From the human T2T-CHM13v2.0 reference genome, Homo sapiens, in NCBI RefSeq assembly GCF_009914755.1, contig NC_060947.1: 64,000 nucleotides of DNA. The stretch is one strand, 5' to 3'. The notes under the pieces are model-generated. The model was given only the letters and a program-made list of their open reading frames with translations, made no database searches and was not told where the DNA came from. Every line of letters begins with the position of its first letter. The stretch's first letter is position 1. Below, piece after piece: positions 31,640 through 43,972 of the stretch. A program made the translations under genes and the position numbers.

Positions 31640-32240
31640 AATGAAAGCACTGGAGTCAAACAGACACGAGTTCACAGCCAGGTCTGCTATTCACCAGTTT
31701 TGTGACCCAAACAATTTATTTAACCTCTCTGATCCTTAATTCCCCCATCTGTCATGTAGAAATAAAGGTCTTTTACATTCTGCTAGAGGGAATGTAGTAC
31801 AAATTATTTGGAGAGCAATTTGGCAAAATCCATGAAAAGTATAACTACACCTACTCTTTCACTAGGCAGTTCCACTGCTAGGAGTTTAACCCAAGGATAT
31901 ATTTGCAAAGGTATGGGAGATAAATGTACAAGATTGTTCACTGAAGTATTATTTACACTAGTACAAAACAGGAAACAACCCAAATGTCCCTCAATAGGGG
32001 ACTGATTAAATAATGAAATCTCTGTGTGATCACCTGCTATGTAATCATTAAAAGAATGAGGTAGATCTGTATTAGAGGCTAAGAAACTATCTTCAAAGAA
32101 GACTATTAAATGGTTTTTAAAAGGTGCCAAATCATAACTTATAGTGATTGTATTTATTAAATAATTGTTTAATGGTGATGATATGTTCCTATTTCATAGC
32201 ATTGCTGTGAGGATTAAGCAAGACAGTACATGTAAAAAAA
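31640..32240 (+). mobile_element. MIR split by an old L1M ORF2 fragment (~31770-32130)
   Basis: MIR 5' part ggagtcaaacagacacgagttc; L1M-like KQPKCPSIGD frame; MIR 3' part gctgtgaggattaag. Confidence 0.6.
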
Positions 32241-32354
32241 TAGTGATTTAACCTTTTTGAGGGCAGGGACTTTTTAATCCTTGTATTCCCTGCAGCACCT
32301 AGCACTATTCTTGACACATAAAAGGGTCCTAAATAAAGTTGTAGGAGACAATGT

Positions 32355-32560
32355 CTTATAGATTAAGGGGATGGAATTTTGTGTTAGGCAGACCCAGGTT
32401 TGAATCCTAGTTTTGCCATTTATTAATTGTGTAACCTTGAACAAGTCAGTTAACCTTTTTGTTCATCGAATTCCTCATCTGTAAACTGGGGGTAGGGAGT
32501 AGAATAAAATATGTCTTATAAGGCTATTGTGAAGCTTAAATCTGATAACATTTATAAACT
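32355..32560 (+). mobile_element. MIR SINE
   Basis: cagacccaggtttgaatcctag...ttcctcatctgtaaactgggg. Confidence 0.8.
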
Positions 32561-32575
32561 ACCTCTCATATAGGC

Positions 32576-33019
32576 TTTAGTGGATATTCTCTATTTATGC
32601 CTCTATATCCATTCTCCACCTTCTCTACTCTGCTCCAGGCCTCAAGAAGATATGGACTGCATCAGTTGGGCCCCTTTGCCCTTAGGCTTTCAGGTGATTC
32701 CAACCAATGGGAGACACTGGCAAGAAATAAGAAGGTGAGAGGAGATAAAGTTCAAATTATCTGTTCCGCCCACTCTCTGCCAGGCTGTGATTTGGCAGTT
32801 CCTATCAGGTGGCCCTCTCATTAAGGATCCTCTCTCCAGATTTCAGTAGCACAATTTTCTCCTCTTGTCTCTTCATGCCGTTCCTACTATTGTTAGTCTC
32901 ACGGCACTTCACCATCCCTTAACCCTGTTCATATCTCTGTAAATACTCCTTTCATCAGTCTCTCTTCCATTGCCCTTTGAGCATGCCATATGCTTCCTAC
33001 TAGAACCCTGACTAACACA
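32576..33019 (+). mobile_element. LTR33-like ERVL solo LTR
   Basis: tatggactgcatcagttgggcccctttgccc...ccaatgggagacactggc...gaaccctgactaacaca. Confidence 0.6.
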
Positions 33020-33899
33020 TACCTTCTAAGTAAATATTTTTGACCCCAACTTTCTAAATACACATTTCTCAATATGCTGCTTTTCACTTTTTCTCTAATC
33101 TAGAAATAATTATCTCAAGATACACTGCAGGTCCAAATCAATCATCTAAGCAGAAAGCTCTTTCTCTGCCCAAACCTGAATGATCCTTCATTGAAGAATT
33201 ATCAAATATAACAAACCCCATAAAGTTTTAGCCTCATGTTTGCAAATGTTTGCAATTCATTTAAGGAAGAGAGAAGTGGGAAACCTGTCTACTAGATTTA
33301 ACAGGAAACTCTTGGTATGAATTGGTTGACTCCTCTGAGGCCAAAAAATCTCTTTCCTTTATCTTTGGGAGTTGCAGTGCTGCTTTTGTGTATCTATGCA
33401 CCAGGCCAATGACAACCTACAGCTACGTAACCCCTGAGCAAACTTTTAAAAGCAGTCGCTGATAATAGAAAAACTAGAGACCTCACATACAAAACTTATT
33501 GAAATTTTCATTTGTTTGTTTGCTTGCTTACTTGTTTGTGTAAGTAGGAAAATGTGTTGGTAAAAAGGTGGGGAATGGATAAACTCTTGCTAATGATTGG
33601 TAAGAGTAACATACGCTATTGGTAAACCCTTTTAGGAAAGTGAATTGAAAATAAGTATTAGCATTCAAAATGAGTAAGACATTTGATACATTTGATTAAG
33701 TAATTTCTGAAGAAACAGTGACAAACCAAAATACATATGTACAAGAATATCCTTGCAAAATTATTTATTAAAGTATCTCCAGGACAAAATAAGGAAATTA
33801 ATTGAATAAAATATAATAATGCATATAATTGAGCATTATATAGTAATTTAAAAGTATATTCTCAGATAATATTTAGAGTTATTAAAAATGTTCATCATC

Positions 33900-34110
33900 A
33901 CACATGGACATGGCGGGGAGAACAACACACAATGGGGCCTGTCGGGCAGGGGGCAGGAAGAAAATCAGGAACAATAGCTAATGCATGCTGGGCTTAATAC
34001 CTAGGTGATGGGATGATCTGTGCAGCAAACCAACATGGCACACATTTACCTATTTAACAAACCTGCACATCCTGCACAGGTACCCTGCAACTTAAAAGTT
34101 GAAGATGAAA
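33900..34110 (+). mobile_element. Very short L1 3' end (L1PB/L1PA13-16-type)
   Basis: gggcttaatacctaggtgatgggatgatctgtgcagcaaacc; perfect 16-bp TSD aaaaatgttcatcatc at 33884-33899 and 34111-34126. Confidence 0.9.
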
Positions 34111-34194
34111 AAAAATGTTCATCATCTAATATTAAGTATTAAAAAATCAGGGCACAAAACTGTACCTAAAGTAGAATTTGAATTTTTAAATCTG

Positions 34195-34292
34195 CATATA
34201 TGCATATGTGTGTGTATATATACACACACATATATACTGCATATATGTACACATATAGAGAAACTTTGTGTGTGTGTGTGTGTATGTATGTA

Positions 34293-34323
<31 letters not shown>

Positions 34324-34362
34324 GTGTATGTATATATATATATATATATATATGTATATGTA

Positions 34363-34412
<50 letters not shown>
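34195..34412. repeat. Compound (TG)n/(TA)n microsatellite
   Basis: directly visible; pure (TA)20 at 34371-34410. Confidence 0.95.
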
Positions 34413-34415
<3 letters not shown>

Positions 34416-34806
34416 GCAGGCAGAATAATGGCCCCCCAAAAACATTCACCTCCTAAACTTTGGAATCTGGGAAAAGGAACTTTGTAAATGTGATTTGGGT
34501 TAAGGAATTTAATATGAGAAGATTATCCAGGATTATCAGGTGGGTTCAATCTAATCATGTGTGTTCTTAAGAGCAGAAGAGGACAGCAGAAGAGGAGGGA
34601 CAGAGGGAGATACGACTACAGAAGAATGGTCCAAGAAATGAGGTTTGCTGACTTTGAAGATGGAGAAAGGGGGCCACAAGCCAAGGAATGCAGACGTCCT
34701 CTTGAAGCTGGAAAAAACAAGGAAATGGATCCTCCGCTAGAGGTTCTAGATAGAAACACAGTCCTGCTGACACATCAATCTTAGTCCAACTAGACCCATT
34801 TCAGAC
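34411..34806 (+). mobile_element. MLT1D-like MaLR LTR
   Basis: caggcagaataatggcccccc...gccacaagccaaggaatgcag...gaagctggaaaaaacaaggaaatggat. Confidence 0.8.
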
Positions 34807-34899
34807 ACATATATATACACATACTGAAAGGATACTCACTAAAATGAAATAACAGTTACCTCTGTTTGGTGTGGTTATAGAAGTGTATGTTGCTCTTTA

Positions 34900-36575
34900 T
34901 TTTTCTTTTTTCAATTACAAAATATTTCAGGTACAAAATAGATTTAGGTATAGATATATAGATAGTATATATTTGTATGTGTATGCATATATATAAATAC
35001 ACACACACACACACACACAAAGTTTTACCAACCACCCCTTGGATACATTTTCTTAATCCATTGCTCCTTTCCTCCCTGCCCCTCCAAATCTTAGCTATTT
35101 ATTATCTTTATTTTGGTGTCTAATATTTCCATGTGTGCTTTTAAATGTCTACTAAATGGACATGTAGTATTATCCGGGAACAATATTCAGTATTTTCATT
35201 TGTTTAACTTTATATAAATGACATAACAGTCTACATATTATTTTACCACTTGCATTTTTTATTCAAAGTGTTTTGTCAGGCTTACTCGTTTTCATACACA
35301 TAGTTCTGGAGTATCCACTTTCAGTGACATTTCACTTTTGGTGCCATGACCACACCACACCATTGTGTAATTATATCGGGATTTATTTAATCATTCTCTT
35401 GTCCATGTACATTTAGGATGTTTCTAATATTTTACTACTAAAACAATGCTTGCAAAATTGACAAATGACAGTCTTATTAAACTAAAGAGCTCTGCACAAC
35501 AAAAGAAACTATCATCAGAGTGAACAGGCAACCTACAGAATGGGAGAAAATTTTTGCAATCTATCCATCCGACAAAGGGCTAATATCCAGAATCTATAAT
35601 GAACTTAAACATATTTACAAGAAAAAAGACAAACCACCTCATCAAAAAAGTAGGCAAAGGATATGAACAGATGCGTCTCAAAAGAAGACATTTATGTGGC
35701 CAACAAACATATGAAAAAAAGCTCAACGTCACTGATCATCAGAGAAATGCAAATTAAAACCACAATGAGATAACATCTCATGCCAGTCAGAATGGCGATT
35801 ATTAAAAAGTCAAGAAACAATAGATGCAGGAGAGGCTGTGGAGAAATAGGAACACTTTTACACTGTTGGTGGGAATGTAAATTAGTTCAACCATTGTGGA
35901 AGGCAGTAAGGAGATTCCTCAAGGATCTAGAACCAGAAATACCATTTGACCCTGCAATCCCATTACTAGGTATATACCCAAAGGATTATAAATCATTCCA
36001 CTATAAAGACACATGCACATGTGTGTTTATTGCAGAACTATTTACAATAGCAAAGACATGGAACCAACCGAAATGCCCATCAATGATAGACTGGATAAAG
36101 AAAATGTGGTACATACACATCATGGAATACTATGCAGCCATAAAAAGAAATGAGATCATGTCCTTTCCAGGGACATGGATGAAGCTGGAAGCCATCATCC
36201 TCAGCAAACTAACACAGGAACAGAAAATCAAACATTGCATGTTCTCACTCATAAGTGAGAGTTGAACATTGAGAACACATGGACACTGAGAGGGGAACAA
36301 CACACACCAGGGCCTGTTGTGGGGTGGGGAGTAACGGGAGGAAACTTAGAGGACAGATCAATAGGTGCAGCAAATCACCATGGCACACGTATACCTATGT
36401 AACAAACCGTCACATTCTGCACATGTATTCTGTTTTTATTTTTAGGAAAAATAAAGAAAGAAATGTGATTAAGAAAAAATGAATTAATTAATAAACACAC
36501 ACACATGCAAAACAATGCTTCAGTGAACAATCTTGCACAGATATGCTTGTGCTTACCTAATGAAATTTTTTAGAA
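34900..36575 (-). mobile_element. Old L1M 3' region (host of the 35452 L1 insertion)
   Basis: tttaactttatataaatgacat...catttaggatgtttcta...aacaatgcttcagtgaacaatcttgcac continues across the younger insertion. Confidence 0.55.
35452..36508 (+). mobile_element. 5'-truncated L1PA (approx. L1PA8-10) 3' end
   Basis: ORF2 C-terminus ([13 protein letters not shown]...), 3'UTR, A-rich tail; 12-bp TSD aaaacaatgctt at 35440-35451 and 36509-36520. Confidence 0.9.
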
Positions 36576-36590
36576 TGAGAACCCATCGGT

Positions 36591-37305
36591 CAGTTCGAAC
36601 TTCTAGGAGGCTTTGTTTACATTGTGAGGGGTAAACCGCCTACCCAAGCCTCAGTAATGGTGGACGCCCCTCCCCCCACTAAGCTCAAGCATCCCAGGTC
36701 AATTTCAGACTGCTGTGCTGGCAGCGAGAATTTCAAGCCAGTGGATCTTAGCTTGCTGGGCTCCATGGGGGTGGGATCCGCTGAGCTAGACCACTTGGCT
36801 CCCTGGCTTCAGCCCCCTTTCCAGGGGAGTGAATGGTTCTGTCTCGCTGGCGTTTCAAGTGCCACTAGGGTATTAAAAAAACAAAAACAAAAACACCTAC
36901 AGCTAGCTTGGTGTCTGCCCAGATGGCAGCCAAGTTTTGTGCTTGCAACCCAGGGCCCTGGTGGCTTAGGCACCAGAGGGAATCTCCTGGTCTGCGGGTT
37001 GGGTTGCGAAGATTGTTGGAAGAGCATAGTATCTCGGCCAGAGTGCACTGTTCTTCAATGCAGAGTCCCTCAGGGCTTCCCTTGGCTAGGGGAGGGAGTT
37101 CCCCGACCCCTTGCACTTCCCGGGTGAGGCAATGCCCCACCCTGCTTCGGCTCATTCTCCGTGGGCCGCACCCACTATCTAACCACTCCCAATGAGATGA
37201 GCCGGGTACCTCAATTGGAAATACAGAAATCACCCACCTTCTGGGTTGATCTCGCTGGGAGCAGCAGACAGGAGCTGTTACTATTCGGCCATCTTGCCAG
37301 CCACC
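36591..37305 (-). mobile_element. Orphan L1PA7/8-type 5'UTR (3'-truncated)
   Basis: colinear with 14823-15534 of the full-length L1; ends ttcggccatcttgccagcc; no ORF1, ORF2 or poly-A attached. Confidence 0.9.
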
Positions 37306-37389
37306 GCCTATTTGCCAGCTCTTCTTACATCTTACTCCCTCTTTCTGAATTCAGTGTTGTTCATTATTTCAACCTGACTTTGAAGCCAT

Positions 37390-38100
37390 TATTCAACTTT
37401 CTTCTGATTTCTATTGTTGCTGTTGAGAATTCTGCTGTCAGACTAATTGTCATTCCTTGCTGTTAAACAGTCCTGTTTCTCTGCTACCTTTTAAGCTCTT
37501 CTTTGTCCTTGATGCTCTGTAGTTGCACCATGATGAGTCAAAGTAAAAATTTATTTCTACTTTTCCTGCTAGGGATCCATTATACTTCCACAATGTGGAT
37601 TCAATTCTTTCCTCAATGCTATAAACTTCTTAGTCATTGTTTCCTTGAATTTTGTTTTCCCCTTATTCTCTATTCTCTCTGTATAATGTCAATCATATAT
37701 ATAACATGAATGTGTGTGTATAAATTTGGCATTTCATGTGTTTTTATTATAAATACACAGACACACACACACACACACACACACCTTCTCTATGTCTCTT
37801 AACCTTAGTTTTGTTTCCCATCTATGTTTCATTCTGGCTAATTTCATCCAATCTCTTTCAGTTTAATTACTTCTCTTTAGAGCTGCCTCTAATTTGCTAT
37901 TATATCTATTCAGGACTTTTTAAATTTCAATGTCTATATTTTTATTTTGGATATTCTATTATTTATAATCTACCTGTTTATATAGTTTATTATTATTCTC
38001 TTTAATGTTTTCAGTCCTTTATCTTATTTCTGTTATGGTTCTAAACATTCTAACTTGATGGACTCTATTGGATTGTTCTATTTTATTATATTCTTGGGAT
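37390..38100 (-). mobile_element. Old L1M ORF1-region fragment
   Basis: ttctattgttgctgttgagaattctgctgtcagactaattgtc...ttttaagctcttctttgtccttgatg. Confidence 0.55.
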
Positions 38101-38604
38101 TCTAATCCTGCTTCTTATCGTACTTCCACATCTCATGGTGACGTGGTTTTTGCTTCATTTTGTTTTGTTTTATATGATGTTGGGTGGCAAGTTCTTCTTC
38201 AGCAGGACCTTATATATAGAACTCTTTTGCAGCCTGATTTTATCACCGCCCTGGAAACAATTCTATGTCGAATTTTTTGCCTTGCAGATGCCTAACTAAA
38301 CTCTGCATGTAATATAAATAAAAACTCTGGACCTATGAGAGTCACAGACCTGTTGATAGAAATTTTCAGGAGAAACTTTTTTCTCACCCAGATCCTAGAC
38401 AAAGATAAGCTTCTTTGTTGTTTCCTAGTATTATGGCATGTATTTTTTTTTTATTTTTCTCATTCACCCATGCATTAAAGTTGTAACCCTTCAAAGTTAT
38501 GGCTCCATGTGAGAGGCACTTTTCCTTACTTAAGGTTTTATCTCTTTTCCCCAAATACATGTTAAAACATAAGCTTTTAGACTGAGCCTGATACACCCTC
38601 TACC

Positions 38605-39058
38605 TCTTAGTCCATTTTGTGTTTCTATAACAGAATACTTGAGGCTGGGTAATTTGTAACGAAAAGAATGTTATTTAGTTCACAATTCTGCAGGCTAAGT
38701 ACAAGAAGCATGGTGGTGCCAGCAGCTGCTGCACTTCTGGTGAAGGCCACGTGCTAGGTCAAAACATAGTGGAGAAGGTCAAAGGAAAAGTAGTCACATG
38801 CTAAATGAGGGGCATCTTGGCTTTATAACCACTCACTCTGGAGAGAACTAACCCATTCCGCAAGAACTAACCAAGTCTTGCCAGAGCGAGAACTCACTAC
38901 CACAAGAACTCACTACAGTGAGAATGGCACCAAGCTATTCATAAGGGATCTGACCCCATGACCCAAACACCTCCCATGAGGCCACACCTCTCAATGCTAC
39001 CAGTTTGGGGATTAAATTTCAGCATGAGTTTTGGTGGGGACAAACTCAAACCATAGCA
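38605..39058 (-). mobile_element. MST-family MaLR LTR (MSTB/C-like)
   Basis: tcttagtccattttgtgtttctataacagaatac...catgagttttggtggggacaaactcaaaccatagca. Confidence 0.8.
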
Positions 39059-39249
39059 ACCCCCACCGAGGGCATCCACATCATAAAATATGTGTTTACC
39101 CCTCAATTTTTAGCTCCCACTTTATTTCTGGATCCTAGAAATATTCTTCGTTTTCTTTAGCGATGTTATATATTTAATAGGTGGTTTGTTATGATTTATC
39201 TAACATTTCTAGAACCTTCCTAGAGCACACTCATAGTATCTAATTTGCA

Positions 39250-39730
39250 TTAAGTCCTTCAATATTGTTAAATACAAATTTTAAATTCAGTTTAAAAGAA
39301 GGGCCAGATAGAAACATAAATGAAATTTTAAAATAATACTGAAATAGGAAAGGCTTTTCTAACGAAGATATAAAACACAGAATCTCTGAAGAAAATATTT
39401 GACACATTTAGCTACATAAAAATTAAAACCTTCTGTATGGCAAAGAACAATTACCATTACAAAGGCAGAAAACAAATGAAAAATTAAGAACAAATGTTTG
39501 CTATGTAGTTGACAGAGAAAAATGGCTAATTTCTTTCATATTCAAAGAGCTCTTAAAATTCATTAAGAAAAACATATAAATAGAAAATGTGTGGTTCACA
39601 GAATAAGAAATGCAAATCACAAGTAAATATACAAATACATATTCAACATGACTTGTAATTAAATAAATGCAAAATAAAACAACATGATCTCACTTTTCCA
39701 CCCATTAAGTTGTCAAAGACTGTGAAAATA
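39250..39730 (+). mobile_element. Old L1M ORF2 fragment
   Basis: tacataaaaattaaaaccttctgtatggcaaag...aaatgcaaaataaaacaac. Confidence 0.6.
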
Positions 39731-40539
39731 TAAATATCTTGAAAGCTATATATGGGTATATGTATGTGTACAAATATTATATATGCATAGAAAGTTTCTG
39801 GAAAAATATATAAGAAACTTAACAGTGACTACTGACTACTACTGAGTAAGGATAGGTGGGAAAGGAGGAGAATTTTTACTTTTCACCTTTCTCTTTAAAA
39901 TTCAGATTTAAACAATAATAGGAATTACTTTTGGAATGAAAACAGAAATGATAATAAAAATAATAACAACAATAATAAATGCCAAAAGGAATGGGGCTGC
40001 ACTGCATACATACATGGAAGCAAAGAGGAAATGAAGCGGGAAGGCTGAGATCTAAGCAAGCACTGAACTACTGTGTTTTCTGGCTGCTTCTAGAGATACC
40101 GCCCAAATAGAGATGAGAGGCAAAGTGGCTATGAAGCTACAGGCTCTTCAATGGGAAAAGTAATGCCTAATTAGCCCATGCTTATTTCTATGGCAAAACT
40201 GTTGCCACATTTCATCCTGCACTGTAATGCTCTGTGTTAATTTGACTATTTTCATTTTCGTGTACATTAATTGTAATTGTGTTCTTTCAATCCTTTTCTG
40301 AGGAGTACAGGTGGCAGCCATTATCATTAGCTATTTACCAAGTGCACAGACATATTGAAAAGATTTGTTAATATAAAAAAGGAAGAAAAGAAAACAGAGA
40401 TTTGTTAGCAAGAATTATGTTTTGAGAAATTCAAACATGATTGAATCCCTTTCTCTTCCAGATCAACCTGTAAGCCCTTAATCTCAATACAAATGTTCAA
40501 GCTCCTCTAAGATACTGGCCTTTCATTTTCATAAAGCAT

Positions 40540-40790
40540 ATAGTACACAGGTTGAGAAGAAAGGGAAAAGCTTTGCCATCAAATTGGGTTCAAATCCAGG
40601 CTCTCCAACTTTCTAGCTGTGAGAGCTTGAACAAATTGCTTAAGTTATCTGAGTTCCAAGTACAGTTTCCTCATTTGTAAAATGGAGATTATGAAAGCAC
40701 CTACAGGGGTATTAGGAGAATTAAACAAGACAACTAGCTTGTAAAGCACTTAGTACAGTGTTTGGCAAATGGTAAACAATCCATAAATGT
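40540..40790 (+). mobile_element. MIR SINE
   Basis: gggttcaaatccaggctc...cagtttcctcatttgtaaaatggagat...gtaaagcacttagtacagtg. Confidence 0.85.
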
Positions 40791-41504
40791 GAATGACCAA
40801 TCAATTGTATATTAAGGGCCCAGAACCATGTTACGATGATGTAAGGGATACTCTCATCTCTTACAATGCTGTTGTGTAGAAGCACACGCAAATTCCAAGT
40901 AGCTGTTGAAACCACATATTGCTGATTGGTAAGTACCCAGTCAACCTCACTCTCAAAAATGTTCAGCAGCCCCAAAGCACAAAGCTCCTCTTGTCAACAA
41001 TGGGTCCACTAATGCAACATTTTCAAAAGGTGATGGGAGGGTCCATTGTGGGCATGGAAAGAAAAGGAAATTCAGTGAGTGAGAAAAATCAGCCCTTCAG
41101 TAGGACTGAATAGTCCAAATCTACAACACTGATTATTCTCATGGCATATGATATAAAAACAAGTCACTAATTACACTTTTACAGCTTTATAAAGCCAGTC
41201 CTACAACTATTTGATTTTGTTGATTTTGCATGGGCTACCCAGCCAGCCAGGTAATCCCTGCAGAACAGAAAAGGTCACCACTTCCACAGGTGTTTCCCAG
41301 AAAAAAACAATACATCGATCAAGTGGCTTACACACAGAAAACAACTGCCTCTGATGGTGCTGGAGGTGGTGGTGGAGATGATGATAATGACTACATCAAT
41401 TGCTAATGAATTCCAGGAGTGTTCTTAAAATGTCCTTGTAACAAGATTGGGACTAGTAAAAATCTCATAGAAGCACAAAGTGTTAGAGCGTCAAAGGACA
41501 TTAG

Positions 41505-41660
41505 GTCTCTTAAAGTGTGGTCTGTGGCTTACACATATCAGAATTACTTGGGGGTGGGTACCTGTTAAAATGCAGATTCCTGAACTCACTTGAGTTCAGA
41601 TATATTCATTTTCATCAAGCTTTCTGGGTGATTCTTATGTCTAAAGTATGAAAGCCATGC
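41505..41660. mobile_element. MER5-type MITE
   Basis: aaagtgtggtc...atcagaattacttggg...gttaaaatgcagattcctg...ggtgattcttatg. Confidence 0.65.
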
Positions 41661-43246
41661 CTTTAAAGACCATAATTTCATTTTTCAAAACATAATCTTC
41701 AATTAGGTAGACAGTAACCAGCCATGGAATAACAACAACAATAAAAAAAACCATGCTTCTTGAAAGCAGCATAAGAAAAGAGCATGCGTGTAAAATCAGA
41801 CAAATCTGTGTTCAAATTGCACTTGTGCTAAGTAAAGCCAAACTTATATGATCGATTAATTTTCAACAAGGGCGCCAAGAAGAGACAACAGGGAGAGGAT
41901 AATGTCTTCAATAAATGGTACTGGAAAAACTGGATTTCCACATGTAGAAGAATGAAATTAGACCCTTGTCTTACACCATACACAAAAATCAACTCAAAAT
42001 GGATAAAAGACCTAAATATAAGACCTGAAATCATAAAACTCCTAGAAGAGAACATAGGGGGAAAGCTCCTTGACATTGGCCTTGGCAATAAGTTATATAT
42101 ATATACACACACACGCACACACACACACATCTCACACCAAAAGCTCAGGCTACAAAAGCAAAAACAAAGAGGACTACATAAAACTAAAAACCTTCAGCAC
42201 AGCAAATGACACAATCAATAAAATGAAATGGCAACTTACAGATTGGGAAAAAAATATTTGCAAACCATATATCTCATAAGGGATTAATAACCAAACTTTA
42301 TAAAGAACTCATACAATTCCATAGTAGGGAATAAAACCCAATTTCAAAATGGGCAAATGATCTGAATAGACACTTCTCCAAAGAAGACATAAAAATGGCC
42401 AACAGGTATATAAAAAGGTACTCAACATCGTTAATTATCAGGGATATGCAAATCAAAACTACAATGATACACCACCTCACATCCATTAAGATGGCTATTA
42501 TCAAAAAGTCAGGAGACAACAAATGCTGGAGAAGTGTGGAGAAAGGGAACTCTAGTATACTATTGGAGGGAATGTAGATTGATGTAGCCATTATGAAAAA
42601 CAGTATGGATGTTCCTAAAGAAATTAAAAATAGAACTGCTATATGTCCCAACATTCCTTCTTCTGGGCATATATTCAAAGAAAATGAAATCATCATCTCA
42701 TAAAGATATCTGCACTCCCAAATTCAATGTAGCATTATTTACAATAGCCAATCTCTGTAAACAACCTAAGTGTCCATTACCAGATGAATGGATAAAGAAA
42801 CTGCGGTATATATACACAACGGAATATTATTCAGCTTTAAAAAAGGAGATCTTGTCATTTGCCACAATATGGATGAAACTGAAGGGCATTATACCAAGTG
42901 AAATAAGCCAGACATAGAAAGATAAATATTTCCTGATCTCATAGTGGAATCTAAAATAAAACTCAAATATACAGAGAAAATAAAACTGGTTACCAGGGGC
43001 AGGGTTGGAGGACGAAATGGAACCTCATTTCCTTCTCTGATGTAGATCAGAGGTTGCAAAGTAACAGATATATAGGATGAATAAGTCTAGAGATCTAATG
43101 TACAACATGGAGACTATATAGTTAATCAAATTGTACTGTATTTGGGATCCTTGCTAAATGACTAGACTTTAGCTGCTCTTGACACAAAAACAAAAACAAA
43201 AAAGGTAACTATGTGAGACAATGGATATGTTAATTTGCTTCACCAC

Positions 43247-43972
<726 letters not shown>

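Noticed and set aside
34099-34487. Five overlapping ORFs rich in CV/YI/HT
   Set aside because: Translations of the TG/TA microsatellite.
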